A stretch of DNA of 64,000 nucleotides from positions 19,716,001 through 19,780,000 of the forward strand of contig JBHGNT010000015.1 of the NCBI GenBank assembly GCA_043228905.1, read 5' to 3'. The translations under genes and the position numbers were made by a program. The notes beneath the pieces are model-generated. The model was not told the origin of the DNA. It did not search any database and saw only the letters and a list, made by a program, of their open reading frames with translations. Below are positions 13,208 through 25,922 of the stretch, in pieces; the stretch's first letter is position 1, and every line of letters begins with the position of its first letter. The DNA is from Azolla caroliniana. Its lineage: Eukaryota > Plantae > Polypodiophyta.

Positions 13208-14580
13208 TGTTAATAATTAGGTAATTAGGCAATGGTTAATTAGCCACTAATTATGTGAGTAGTTAGGCAGCGGAAGATTATGTGATATGTGTGTGTCTGT
13301 GTGTGAGAGGAAGAGAGAGGGGAAGTTACACTTATGAACAATAATATAAATGGGGGATGATTAACGAGAGTGTGTATTAAAAAGCATCATCAAATACAAA
13401 AATACCCACAATCAGGTATATATACATCTCATGTGCAAAGGTGCACATGTGTGAGTAGAATATAGGTACACAGGTGTAAGTACTATATTAAATGTATCCC
13501 ACTCAAGTACAAAATCCTATTTAAGGCTTTAAGGTCAACACACTAACTAGGTTCTATCTAGGTAACTTCTAAGTTACGTGTGTTGACTAAGTAACTAAAT
13601 CTAGTTGAGCTTGATATCTCAACACAACCCCTTAAGCTCAAGTGTGAGGCATTTGACATCTGCTTTGGCTTTCGTCGGCGTCAGCCTTTCCGAGGCAATC
13701 TCGGTTCCTCCCACTCAAGCCGGCGACGAAGTCTTGTAGTGTGAAATGGGTGAAGGTCAGTTGCTTCCACCCATCGTGGGTCACGAGCCGCTTCGGTAGG
13801 GCTCTTGGGCTCTTGTTCGGCGGTTACCTTCATTGCGAAGGCATAATGATGGACCATATACTTGTTGTAGCTGAGCCGAGTGATGAGGTTCTTCTCTCTA
13901 GATGAGCATTGAAGTTTTTTGCTTGCCAATGTGAGCGTCTTCTTTACTCCGGGTGTCCGCATGATGGGTACACCAAACTCACTGTCTAGTGAGGGGGCCA
14001 ACACACTGAATCATTGTCATCGGGGTGGTCAAATTCGTATTCGGGCATCATACCTTTGCCTTTGTGCAATCCGACCCCTAGTTGAGACGCGCTTGGAAGG
14101 CTTGAAGGTTCATTTGATCCGCTTAGCTCAGTAGAGCTTGGATTGTCCTTTGGTAAAGGACTTGGCCGAATATCATCATCTGATTTGACATTCAACTCTT
14201 CCTCGGTCGGGTTGGGTGGAGCTGAATTGGGCTTATATGAAGATGTTGATTCGTCGAAGACTACATCTCGACTCACCCGAACTGTTCAGGTCGAAGGGTT
14301 ATAGCACTTGTATGCCTTTTTCTCGGACGAGTATCCTACAAGGATACATGTCTCCAACTTCGCTTCGGGCTTCTGTCGTTGTTCGTTCAAGATGCGTACA
14401 TTCACAATGTTTCCGAACACTTTGAGGTGCGACATGATCAGCTTCCTTCCAACAAGGAGCTCGTATGGAGTTAGCTCATGCACTACATTAGTGGTGCACT
14501 GGTTCATGAGATAAATGGCCGTGGATGCCAATTTGGCCCAATAGAAGTTTGGCATGTGCTTCTCATGCATCATGGCGCGT
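13208..14580 (-). mobile_element. Copia-2b: second RT-less copia copy (3' LTR 13208-13624, integrase tail)
   Basis: LTR homologous to 3617-4197; integrase pieces 13681-14573 colinear with 4200-5180; same RT/RH deletion junction. Confidence 0.88.
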
Positions 14581-16394
14581 TGTCGTGAAGGATTTCGACC
14601 ATAGAGAGAAACGGAGCCGGATGGGCGTTAGCGGGTGTGTGAACGGATGCACACAAACATTAAGTCTTTATGTATGAAAATATGTAAATAACATAGAACT
14701 AATATGTACTAGGGAGTAGGATTTAATGGATACTTTAAGTCTCGCACAGATAGAAAGGAATACAAGGATTTGATGTGAGGAGATCGAGGGAGATCTCTGC
14801 CCTAAAGCGACTGCCTTTAGTGGTGATGTAAAAGGGGAGGCTTGAGACTGTGTTAGGGATCCACGTTTTGGGAGGACAAAGTGTTGTCGGTTTGAGTGTC
14901 GAGCTCTCTCCCTCTCTCCCTCTCTCTATCTTGTGTGTTGTACTCATTCGAGGAAGAAGGTGAAGCCTATGCTGGCATAGGAAGCCCGTGAGCTCCTGAC
15001 CAGAGGTTCATCATTCTGTGTTCCTGTGTGTGTGCATGTCTTGAGAGCGCACAACTCTCACACCGGCTGAGTCCGGTTGTATTCCTCTCTTGTTTAATCT
15101 ATTTCATTTTCATTGTATCCGATTGTTCTCCCTGTGTTGAGTACTCATCTCCATCCTGTCTCCGTCTGTTGCTCACGTTTACCCGAGTGCCGAGCCCGTT
15201 ATCCAACAACCAGTCCGAAACAAAACACACCTTTGATCCTACACACTCACTATCTAGTGTTTGGAAATCGATCCGGACTGGGTATGTGATGACCGTTAAC
15301 CGATCCAGAATATATCCGGAAGACCTTCCTACTCCCGTCAGCTCCTTGGTCCAAGACCGACGTGGTCCCGCCCTGTTTCAACACATCCACGCGGAATACG
15401 ACTACATCTTTGGTGAACCCGACGTGAAAAGGGGCGGCAAAGGAGTTCGAAATGAGAGGAAGCAAACTAGCAGAGGCGAGGGTGGTAGCCATTGACTGTA
15501 TAGTAAATGCGCGAGAGGGTGCATGTACCCTTGACAGAGCCATTTGAAGCGATAGTCGGCGCGATTGGTCAGTTCAATGGTAAAGACGCGACACACTACC
15601 TGGAGGCCTATCGAGTTGAAATGATGATGAGGGATATCCTAGAGGACAAATGGTTGGCCGGACTCCCTTGAGTAGTTACGATGAACATCCACACCGAGGT
15701 GCTTGAGGTGCAAGCAGACTGCCGTAACTGGGCAGAATTTGAGGGGGTGGCTCCTCGAAGGGTACGGCTTCGACGACTTGGTCCGGCTGTCGAAGAAGGA
15801 ATTTATGGATTTGGTTAAGAGCCCCAACAGGTGACGATGTCGTAAGGATTTTTGGCCATGTTGGGAAAACCCGAGCGGAACGAATAAAACGAGATGTGCA
15901 ATGTACCACATATACTTATTAAATTAGTAACCTAGGAGTAAATAAGCAAATGTGAAGTGTAAGGTGTTCTACAAAAATTTGTTGAGTGTAAACACATGGG
16001 CATGTAGAAAAGGGGAGTACGTGGGGGTACAAATATGATGGGCAATGGCATTGAAAGCGTGAGGGGAGAGAGTTAAAGGCCCACTGATTTAAGATCATGG
16101 GAGATATTCCCCATTAAAGGAAAGGGGATTTGACTCCTCTTTATATAATGTGCCTCACCCCTTACTACTAAAAAAGGGAGTGAGGGGTCACTTTTGAGGA
16201 GCTTCCACTTTTGGGTTTTCTTTGGGGAGTCACCATTTTGAGGGTTTTGATTTAGGGTTTCGCATAGGGATTCATTCTTCTTCTTCTTTACCTATCCGGT
16301 TAGGGTTTCTTCTAGGGTTTTGATTCGGTCTACGCGACCATGGTTATAATCGTATAGTGGATTCTTAATATAGTTTGTTGATGTATCTTGTCTC

Positions 16395-19300
16395 TTTTTT
16401 TTCTTTTCTTTTTGGTAAAATCACACAATTATATTAATTGCATGTAAAAAAACCCCTATTACAACTTGTAAGTCAACTTTACATATCTATATAGAGAGAT
16501 ACATATTCATATCATTACAAACCATGAATATGTCTCTCGACATCCCCGAACCTTTCTTATCAAACCAAATGACAAATGTGATGTCCAACTAACTTACATA
16601 CTTGTCTATCTTCATGATTGAATATGTTTGACATCTCCAACAATGAAAATTGCCATAAAAGGAACCCCTTCAATCTCAACACATAACAGTGTACTCCCCT
16701 TTGTTCATCAAATATAAAAGCATTTCGTATATGCCAAATAAACCAAAGCCCATAATACCTCAAATAATCCAAAATAATCTAAAATAATCTAAAAAGAAGG
16801 CGAAAGACCTCCTAATTCCACTTGTGCAAAAACCCATTTGAAAGGAGATTGTATCACTTCTGTCAAGGACATCCATATTGCATTGATAAACTTCCAAACC
16901 ATCTTTGTAACAGGACATGAAATAAATCAATGTCGATTGTGCTCTACTTCCACCGTACAAAAGAAACAGAAACCACTAGTAATTTTTCTTTTGTATAAAG
17001 CATCACCCAATGGCAATCCACCAACCATAACCCTCCAAATAAACACCTTCGCTCTAAATGACAAATGTGAACACCAACCCTTCTGAAGTACATTTTTCCA
17101 CCAAATTGTTGGCCTATAAAAAGACCATACCTTAATTACCCTATTTTCTAACCACATATGTTTCCCAATAATTGTATGATAAACCTCATTCGTTGAAACC
17201 ATACTTAAGTTGTTCCCCCCCACAAATGTCCAATCAAGATATAGAGAATCTTCATTCAAATGTGGCACATACCCTTGCAACATTGATAATCCTTGTAATG
17301 TATCCCAAATGTGCCAATAATTGCGTGGAATTCCAAATGTTGATCTAGCAGTACGAAAAGCCATCAACCTTCTTTGAGAAGTCAAAATTGAATCTTTTAG
17401 TGATACCAATCCTAATCGAGCCATTCGATTAAATTGATGTTGCAAAGATTGTTTACTTTCCCAATCCAACACCCTTGGTGTTGCCAAAATCTCTAGTTGT
17501 AGAGAATTTGCATGCTCTCTATGTGATGGAGGATCCCACTTGACAAATTCTAACACATTCTACCAAGATGATAATAATTTATTAACAACCCAAGACATTG
17601 AACACTTCACTTGCCTTTTGGAGTTGACTACATTCCACCAATGTGTTTCTACTCTTACTTTGCCAACTTGATGCCAATTCTCTCAATAAAGAAAATCACC
17701 ATTTCTATCCATGGTTGTGTGTTTGCAAACATAGAAATGAATAATGAAAACCTCTGAGCTACCATATGCTCATATACATTCAATAATGTTGCTCCACCAA
17801 GCCGTTTTGGAGTACAAATATGATCCCATGCCAACCAAGAAATGTCATGTTTCCCTTTTTTCTCCCATAATAATGAACGCATGGATTGGGTAACCTTTTC
17901 AACAGCCTTCTTAGACCATGGCAACAATGGAAGATAATAAGAAACCATGGGTATCATAATGGATTGCACAACTTTAACCCTTATATGAAATGGCCATGAC
18001 TGAGATCTCCAATAGATGAACTTATTTTCAATCTTTCTCGACACCCAATCAATTAGTTTAACATGTGAAACTTCTACTCCAATAGGGTAACCCAAGTGTT
18101 GAAAAATTTCCCCACGATTAACAATCTTTCCTAACCAGCCAAGCTCCAATATATTTTGCTCAGTACATGAAATAAGAACTGATTTCTGCATATTAATCTT
18201 TAATCCTGATGCAAGAGAAAAAAATTTCCAAACCTTTGTAGCCTTTGTAACATTATTACATGTAGCTCCCAAAAACATAAAATGATCATCTGCTAGCGCT
18301 TGAGCAATACACTATCTCCCAAATGGCAATCTTAACCCAACCAAATCTCCATTCACCGTCATATTATGTAGCTTAACAAGTATAGAATGAGTGACAATAG
18401 TAAACAAAAGTGGACTAAGGGGGCACCCTTGTCTAACTGACCTTCTCACCGAAATAGGTTGTGTTACTCCTCCATTAAGCATGACTTGTGACATTGAAGC
18501 ATCCCCGAATGTATATATCAAATTTGGCATACGATCACCAAACCCCATTCGATGCATCACCTGACATAAAAAGGACCAATTAACATGATTGTATGCCTTC
18601 TCTAGATCCAATTGCAACATCACAATCTCTTGTTTAGTTTCCACAGCAAAATCTATTGCCATCTGGACATTTAAAATATTATGAAAAATATATTTGTTGG
18701 CCAAAAAACCATATTGAGCATTATGGATAATAGTTGGTGTAAATTATTATATGCGGAAGCAAGTAGAAACACAGAACTATTACGAGGTTTAATGGAAAGC
18801 TTTATAGTACGCGAAAGAGACAAAGAAAGAGCAGAACAAGTTAAATCTATTACGAGGCAATAATAGTTCTCTGTACATAAAACGTGCTCAACAACACTAA
18901 TTATACAAGTCCTAAGAGGACTGACAGAAGTACTGCATATTTCAATGCTCATACGAGCATCTGACACTAACTACGAGACTATTAACTACCTAGTAGTCTA
19001 GGCTACTACTAGGCTTCCGGTTATTGTTTGATCTAGCTAATCGGCTCACTTGCTCACCGGCTCGCCGATCCGGCTTCATCCTTTTGGATGCCTATTCGAC
19101 TCAGGCTTATTCAGCTGATCCGGATCCCGTTGAGCTTGCCGCTCAATAGTTGGCAATATTATATGTAATCTATCAGCCAAAATCTTTGTGAAAATCTTAT
19201 AAATCCCCCCCATCAAAGATATAGGCCACCATTGAGCAAAGGACACTGGAGATGGCACTTTAGGTAACAATTTTATTAAACCAATCTTCCAAGATTGTGG

Positions 19301-22300
19301 CATGTGCCCTGTGGACCAAACATTCTGGAATAGAATTGCAAAGGACCTCTTCAAGTGTGTATTATATTTCTTAAAGAATTCATTTGTTAAACCATCCCAA
19401 CCAAGACTCTTACCATTCACAAGATGAGAAATCACATTTTCTACCTCAACCTCTGATATATCTGCATCAAAAACATTAGAAAACCTCTATTGATACATGA
19501 TTTGTAACTTCCTTCAAGAACACCTCTTGAGCATAATTAACAGTTTCATCAACATGAGTTTCTACATCTAACAATTGCTTATAATAATCCACACATTTTG
19601 TCACAATCATATGAGGATCCATAATCATCCTCCCATTTTCTTGCAACCACACCACATTATACCTCGCATGTGATTCATGAAGGGCATGAAAGAAATTGTG
19701 TGATTGACAATTACAATCATCCACTTCTTGTCTCAACTTATGTAGTCTAGCTTGTTGATAACACTTAACCTTCATATCACATAATGAGGTTGATAATATT
19801 TTGTGAATATCCAATAATTGCTCATCCATCGGCCAATAACTTAGTAACGCATTACATCGTCCCAACAATGTAGCCAAAGCCTTTATTTTTCTTCTTCTCT
19901 TAAAGGCATTATACATTCCATAAAATCTCGATAGCTTTTGCACATTTACAACAAATACATCCCAAGCCTCAAATCCAACATCTTGAACATGTAAATTGAA
20001 TTTCTCAATCAATTGACACATGTAACCATGAAATACTTCATGGTCTAAAAAAGATGAATTAAAACGAAGAGGAGGTTGTCTTAAGAAATATTTAAATTGA
20101 GCAACTGATTTATGCGCAAACTCAAACAATAATGGAAAATGATCCGAAAGAACCAAATCATAAGAAATGGAAATATCCAAAATCTCTGGCAAGAAAGAAT
20201 CAGTATGCATAATATATATACGATCTAACCTACTCCAAGTATATGTGTATTGTGTTGATCGAAAAGGATAACCTGGCTCATCACCATGAATCCAAGGCTA
20301 CACATCACAATGTAGAACATCCATTTCTAATTGCTCCCAAGATTGAGTTTCAGATCTTTTCATTATAGAATGCATAGAAGTTGATTGTGCTTCATCACAA
20401 CAAACATTAAAATCCCCCATCATTATTCCTACTTGACCTTGCTTAAGAAGCGAAGCCAAATTTTGCCACAACAACTTTCATTTTTGAGATAGATTTGAAG
20501 CATATACACCAACCAACCACAAATTTTGGCCTCATAAGAGATTTGTACAACCAAAAATCGACCAAAATAATCACTAAAGATAACTTGAGGACAAAACACA
20601 TTTCTTATAAACATAACAACTCCTGAATAATCACCTTTCACTTTTCCTGAATAACATAGCATATAACCCTTAGTGTTAACCACTAAACCTGCATTTTTAT
20701 GTTCTTTATGCTCCACGACACATAAAACATCCCATTGATTGTGTAACAAAGCACTCCACACCTCATGCATCTTAAATCGGGAACAAATTCCTCTTACATT
20801 CCATGTTGTCACCTTCATACTTTAGCCTTGCCTTTAGATGAGGGAACCTGTTTTTCCCTCTCAGTCAATGTATCTACTAAATCTTGAAAAAAATCTCCTA
20901 AGATTGCAAACGAATTTTGATGGGAAGGGAATCTTGACACACTTGATCTATTCCCTTTGTTATGTTGTACTTGAGTATGCTTATTCCAAGGGTTATGCAA
21001 ATTCCCTTTACTATCAAAAGATAATTTTCTAGGAAAATCGGCTTGATGACCTGAATTTTTACTACGCCCAAAAGAGCCTTGTTGTAATGGTAATTTCATA
21101 CCCTCATTGGATTTATTCCACGCACCCTTTCCAAACCTATTCATTCTTCCAGAAACTACCGACCATGGACCCTCCCTATCTGACGACGTTGGCCCTTTCT
21201 CAATCACACCTCCTTGTTCCTCAATATTCTCACACATAGCCAAATCAGGGTCCTTATTGTGTTGTACTTTCTCATGAATATCCACCGCCACCTCATGATT
21301 CTCTAAAGTTTTACTAGTACGAGGACATTCTGCCATAAAATGCCCTAATTCTCCACAATGGAAACAATGGCCTGCAAATGTGCCCCATTTAAGTTTGAAA
21401 TACATTGGTGGCATACCAATACAATCTATTTGTAGACAACTTGGTCTTTTTATAGCAGTATTCCAAAGAATACACATTCTATATCAATTCATTGCATTAG
21501 CATTAGGAGGCACCAAAAATTTCCCCAATTTCTCTATTGTTGAATGCAAAAGTGGCCACATAGTGGAATTCTTACATTCTACCTCCACCCATACCGGACA
21601 ATCTTGTTTCAATATATCTAAGTACTCAGTTAATGGTCTCCAAGGAACAACATGAACCAAACTCCTACCATAGAAAATTGGCAACCTAGCAAGTAATGTT
21701 TCTTTATTCTCACTTGAATTCAATACCACCTCATAGAAACCACGTGGGCCAACATACACATCCTCCAATCCGCATGCAAGACACCACGCAACCATTGTTT
21801 GACCCAATGAAGGGCAGGTATTTTGCCAGTAAAAAAAAGTATCACTCCTCTATCATAAAATGCAAAAAAAGATGAAAAATACTCTTTTGTATCCACCTCA
21901 ACCTTAAAAATATCTTTCGCATCAAACTCTGAAGCAATTTTAGCATTTTCTTTCATGCAATCCTCCATCAAAGCATTAGCCATGCATCTCAAATAATCCC
22001 AATGTGCATCATCCTTAAAGTTAACATCACTACACATTGCATCAGCATATGACATGTTAACCTCGTCTTCCATACATTTGGGTCTTTTCATTGCATTGCT
22101 TACATCTTTATTAGTAATTTGCGGAACCATTGATTTTGATGTCCCTTGTATATCCATTGACATTGACGTACCTATATCGAAAGTAGGCAATAATAAAGAC
22201 ATACCAGGATTTATATTGTTTGTCATAGCCATCGAGTGTAGACCACCATAGAATCAGATCAATCTTGGTAGGAAGCCCCCAAGAGAGGATGAACTCTATC

Positions 22301-22530
22301 TCGACCGGCAGCCCCCAAAGCCCGCGACAATAATTTGAGCATTGCTTCACGCTCGGAAATGTCAACATGCTATATCTCATTGGAAAGGTCTCCGAAAGAT
22401 CTTTCCAACAATTCTTTGCATACATGATTCTAATAAACATAACAAAAGATATGAACAAAACGCTCAGCTGCACTCCGCCTCCTATCAAGCTTCTCCTCTC
22501 TTCTTCCCTTACTTACTTACTTACATGATC
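16395..22530 (-). mobile_element. Near full-length degenerate L1-clade LINE
   Basis: ORF1 ~22232-20815 with CFHCGELGHFMAEC; ORF2 from 20818 (MKVTTWNVRG endonuclease, LDLEKAY, RQGCPLSPLLF, ADD, zf-RVT CFFC); T-rich tail 16395-16414; possible TSD atcttgtctc/atcttttctc. Confidence 0.88.
18735..19145. mobile_element. Solo LTR (unassigned family) inserted in the LINE RT region
   Basis: TG..CA termini with ATAGT 5-bp duplication (18730-18734, 19146-19150); LINE sequence resumes across it. Confidence 0.72.
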
Positions 22531-24946
22531 ATCTTTTCTCTACCATGCTAACCTCTTATTCTTTCTCCTTCCCTCTTGAGCTCAAAGGTCATAAAGGTTA
22601 AGTTCCCATTCCCCCTCTACTCCCTAGTCCAAGACCCCCGCGGTCCTGCCTAAGATCCTACACGTACCCGCGGAATTACACGACAACGGAATACGTCGGC
22701 GTTGCTTCAGGAGTTCGAAAAGCGGTTCGTGCGACTCTTGACACTAGACCAGATCGTGTTGGATACGAGCAAGGTTCTATTGTTTGTGAAGTTGGTCGAC
22801 CTGCTCCACCGCGAGAAGGTGGGTCTCATTTTGGAGATGGATGAAGGGCTCACGACCGATTGGGCCGTGGTCAAAAGAGTTTGCAGCCGTTTCGATAAGC
22901 GGCATGATTGGAACGATGCGGGGTCATCGTCGATCGGCCCGGGTGCCGAGAGGATGCCGGAGGAACCGGTTTCAACAAGAACGGACGAAACGAGATGGTG
23001 GCTCGAATCGGGCACGATGCCGGCCAATGTGGTCGTAGGACCATCTGGGGGCGCAGCTCTTGAGGACCTGGCCAAGATGGTGCACAATCTCCATCAGGCA
23101 AGGAGGGACAGCGGGGGTCATTCGCGCGACCGAAGGCCTTCATTCAATCAGAGGTGTATGTGGTGCGACGTTGTTCGCCACGTCTAGAGGGACTATGCCG
23201 GTTTCACTGAGGCACTTAAGAGTAACATGGTGTACCTTTGGAATGGTCTGGTGCATGCTATGGAAGATACGCGGAGGGCCCTAAAGGGCCGTGGAGGTAA
23301 ATACCAGCCGAGGTGGGATGAAAAGAATAATGGAAGAAGTCATTGCCCAGAACGTTGAGGCCATTCACTATTCGGTGTCAGCAAGAATCCGTGTGGGCGG
23401 AGAAAGGGGCGTAGGATTTGGAAGCGATGTTGAACTCTGGACGCATGTGCTGGAGGGCCTCTCAAGGGTGATGCTATGGAAGGAAGAGGCGAACTGTGTG
23501 GAGAGGCAGATCCAAGAGGGCACCGAATGGAACGATCCGGTAGAAGAAAAAACCGGCTTTGTTGAAGCCGCGTACTAGAACTATGAGGTTCTGGTTGAAG
23601 ATAAGTGGGCTGGGAAGGCCGGAGGGGCTGGACCTTCGAACTGGTATCAGATTCGGACTGGGCCGAAAAGGAATCAAGGAGGCTCAGTCAGCTCACAATA
23701 GAAGATCAAGTTGTTGGGCTTCCGGTTGAGCTCGGAGATAGAGAGAGTGACAGGACGTGTGGAAGGTTTTGGAGGAAAGGATCCACAACAACAAGGTGGA
23801 GCTCTCATTGAGAGAGGTGCTTGGGATAGCGAAGAAAGAGTTCCACGATTCCATTGTGGACCTAGTGAGGAGGACGCGGCTCTCAACGGAGCCGGATCTG
23901 GAAAGGACGGTCGAAGTGAAGGTGGCCCACGTTGAAGAGGTAGCACTGGAAGAAGATTTTCCGGATAGCTACCATACATGACCGCATTGGGCGAGAGCAA
24001 CAATGGAGACCCCGGTCCGGATCGAGGGCGTGAAAGAACCAGTGGTGGCTTTGATTTACGATGGATCTGAAATAAACCTGATGTCCATGGATTTTTATAA
24101 GAAGGGTAAGTGGTCGATTAATACCAAGCATGGCTGGAAGATTCCCGTGGCAACTCACGCCACGGAAGAGCTTCACGGGGCATGCCAACATCCAGGTAAT
24201 GGTTGGCGATGTCGAAATAGATCAATACTTCTTTGTTCAGGAGTCGTCATCACATCCGATTATACTTGCCGAACCTTACATCACAGTGGCACGGATGGAG
24301 ACGAAGGTGCTGGACAACGGTTCGACATACGCAAGGGTAAAGAGCTAGGACGGTAGGCACACCGTCCAATTCTTGATGGTATGGCCGAATCATGAACGAA
24401 CCGAGATTCTCTCGATAGCGAGGGCCGAGAGGATTTTTAGAGAGGACTATCAAGGCGTGGGACCGCGATAGTCCGGACAACCAGAAGAAACCCCACACTT
24501 GTACAATAGGTAGGGAGTTTTGGTTCTCCGACAACGGAGGTTGTATCATAAGCGACATCGATGGCCAGGAGAAGAAACATGTCGAAGGACACTTGAAGGC
24601 ATGCGGCGCCTTAGGCTCCGATGATGAGATTAGTGGCTTCATGGAGTCGGTCTCATTCGACGACACCCTCAGGGAGATCAAGAAATAGTCAAAGAGGATC
24701 TCAATGAAGACCAGGTCATTCCGGTAAATTCCATCGAGATCTACGAAATCATTGTAGAGTTCGGGAAGATGATCGGGTAGGATCGAACTGCCCGAGTAGA
24801 CACCAGGTACAAGAATATGGACCAGAAGGTGAGGCCAGTCGCAGCTCCCTTGCCGAAGGATAGCTAGGAACATATAAAAGGGGTCGTGACGGACCCGAGT
24901 TTACAAGATCCGATCGGCATAGGGCACCGGTTCACTCACAAGACGC

Positions 24947-25922
24947 TGTCGTGAAGATCCGTCACTACGCGCGGATCGTGAGGCGGAACCGCCGGGGTTC
25001 TGGACCAGAAGGATTTAGAGTCGATACAAGCTTTGGCGAGAAAGTACTTAAGATAGATTGGGAAAGAGAGAAGTTGAGATTACACGATTGATTTGAAAAC
25101 GAATTTCTTCCTCTTAATTTTCATAAAAAAAAACCCGTCTTTTTCTCCTCCCCCTTCCCTCTTTTATAGATGCTCTCATGCATATGATGCATGTGAGGGT
25201 ACAAGACATGCATAAATTGCATGTTTGCCATTTGGCGCTTAAGTATTACATGTGGTGCATGCTAACCATGTCACTCATTTTAGCTCTCATGTATGAGAAT
25301 TTACATGTAAAAGTACAATGATAGAAATATAATTTCAACTAAATAGCATGGCTTAATGGTAAGCAAATTGACTCCTAACTTGGAGGTGCAAGGTTTGAAT
25401 CCATACTTGCCCTCCTTGTATATGTATATATATTTATATATTTATTTTATCTAGTCGCCGGACGCCGGTTCGCCGGATTGCGGTGCCGCATGCCGCCGCC
25501 GGATTGCGGTCGGATGCCATCGGATCACCGGCTCCATCGCCGGTTCGGTTTTGGTTGGCCAAAACCCTTTTCGAGTAGCTAGCCACCTCCACTCTTAGTT
25601 CAAGTTACCTTGAACTCTCTATGCTCCACACATAGACACAAAGATAATATCTTTTGCTCCACATTATATATGATGAGAGCCGTATTTGTCGTGCCTATGT
25701 GGGATATCTCACAATTTTCTCTTTTCTTTTCACAAACTTTATACCCTCATATCTTGACATTTAGTTGTCCATTTCTCGTGTAATAAAGTGCATTCGAAAC
25801 CTCCATCATTTTGTACTTAGATATTAAAAATATTATCTTCACAATTATTGTATTACGTGATTCATACTCGATTTCGTACGTTTTATGGGATTTTCACACT
25901 ATTGCCGAAAATCTTCATGACA
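24947..25922 (-). mobile_element. Solo LTR of the Gypsy-W group
   Basis: TGTC..GACA termini; perfect 4-bp TSD ACGC (24943-24946, 25923-25926); host pol resumes (KT|LRELKIGGGG). Confidence 0.9.

Larger units (their letters stand above)
15838..22685 (+). mobile_element. Solo LTR of the Gypsy-W group (15838-16394 and 22531-22685), split by a LINE
   Basis: TGTCGTAAGG..CACGACA termini; family U5 motif gtccaagacccccgcggtcc; 4-bp TSD ACGA/ACGG. Confidence 0.82.

Noticed and set aside
25343-25415. Functional tRNA-Arg(CCT) gene
   Set aside because: Acceptor, anticodon and T stems do not pair; kept only as a tRNA-like module
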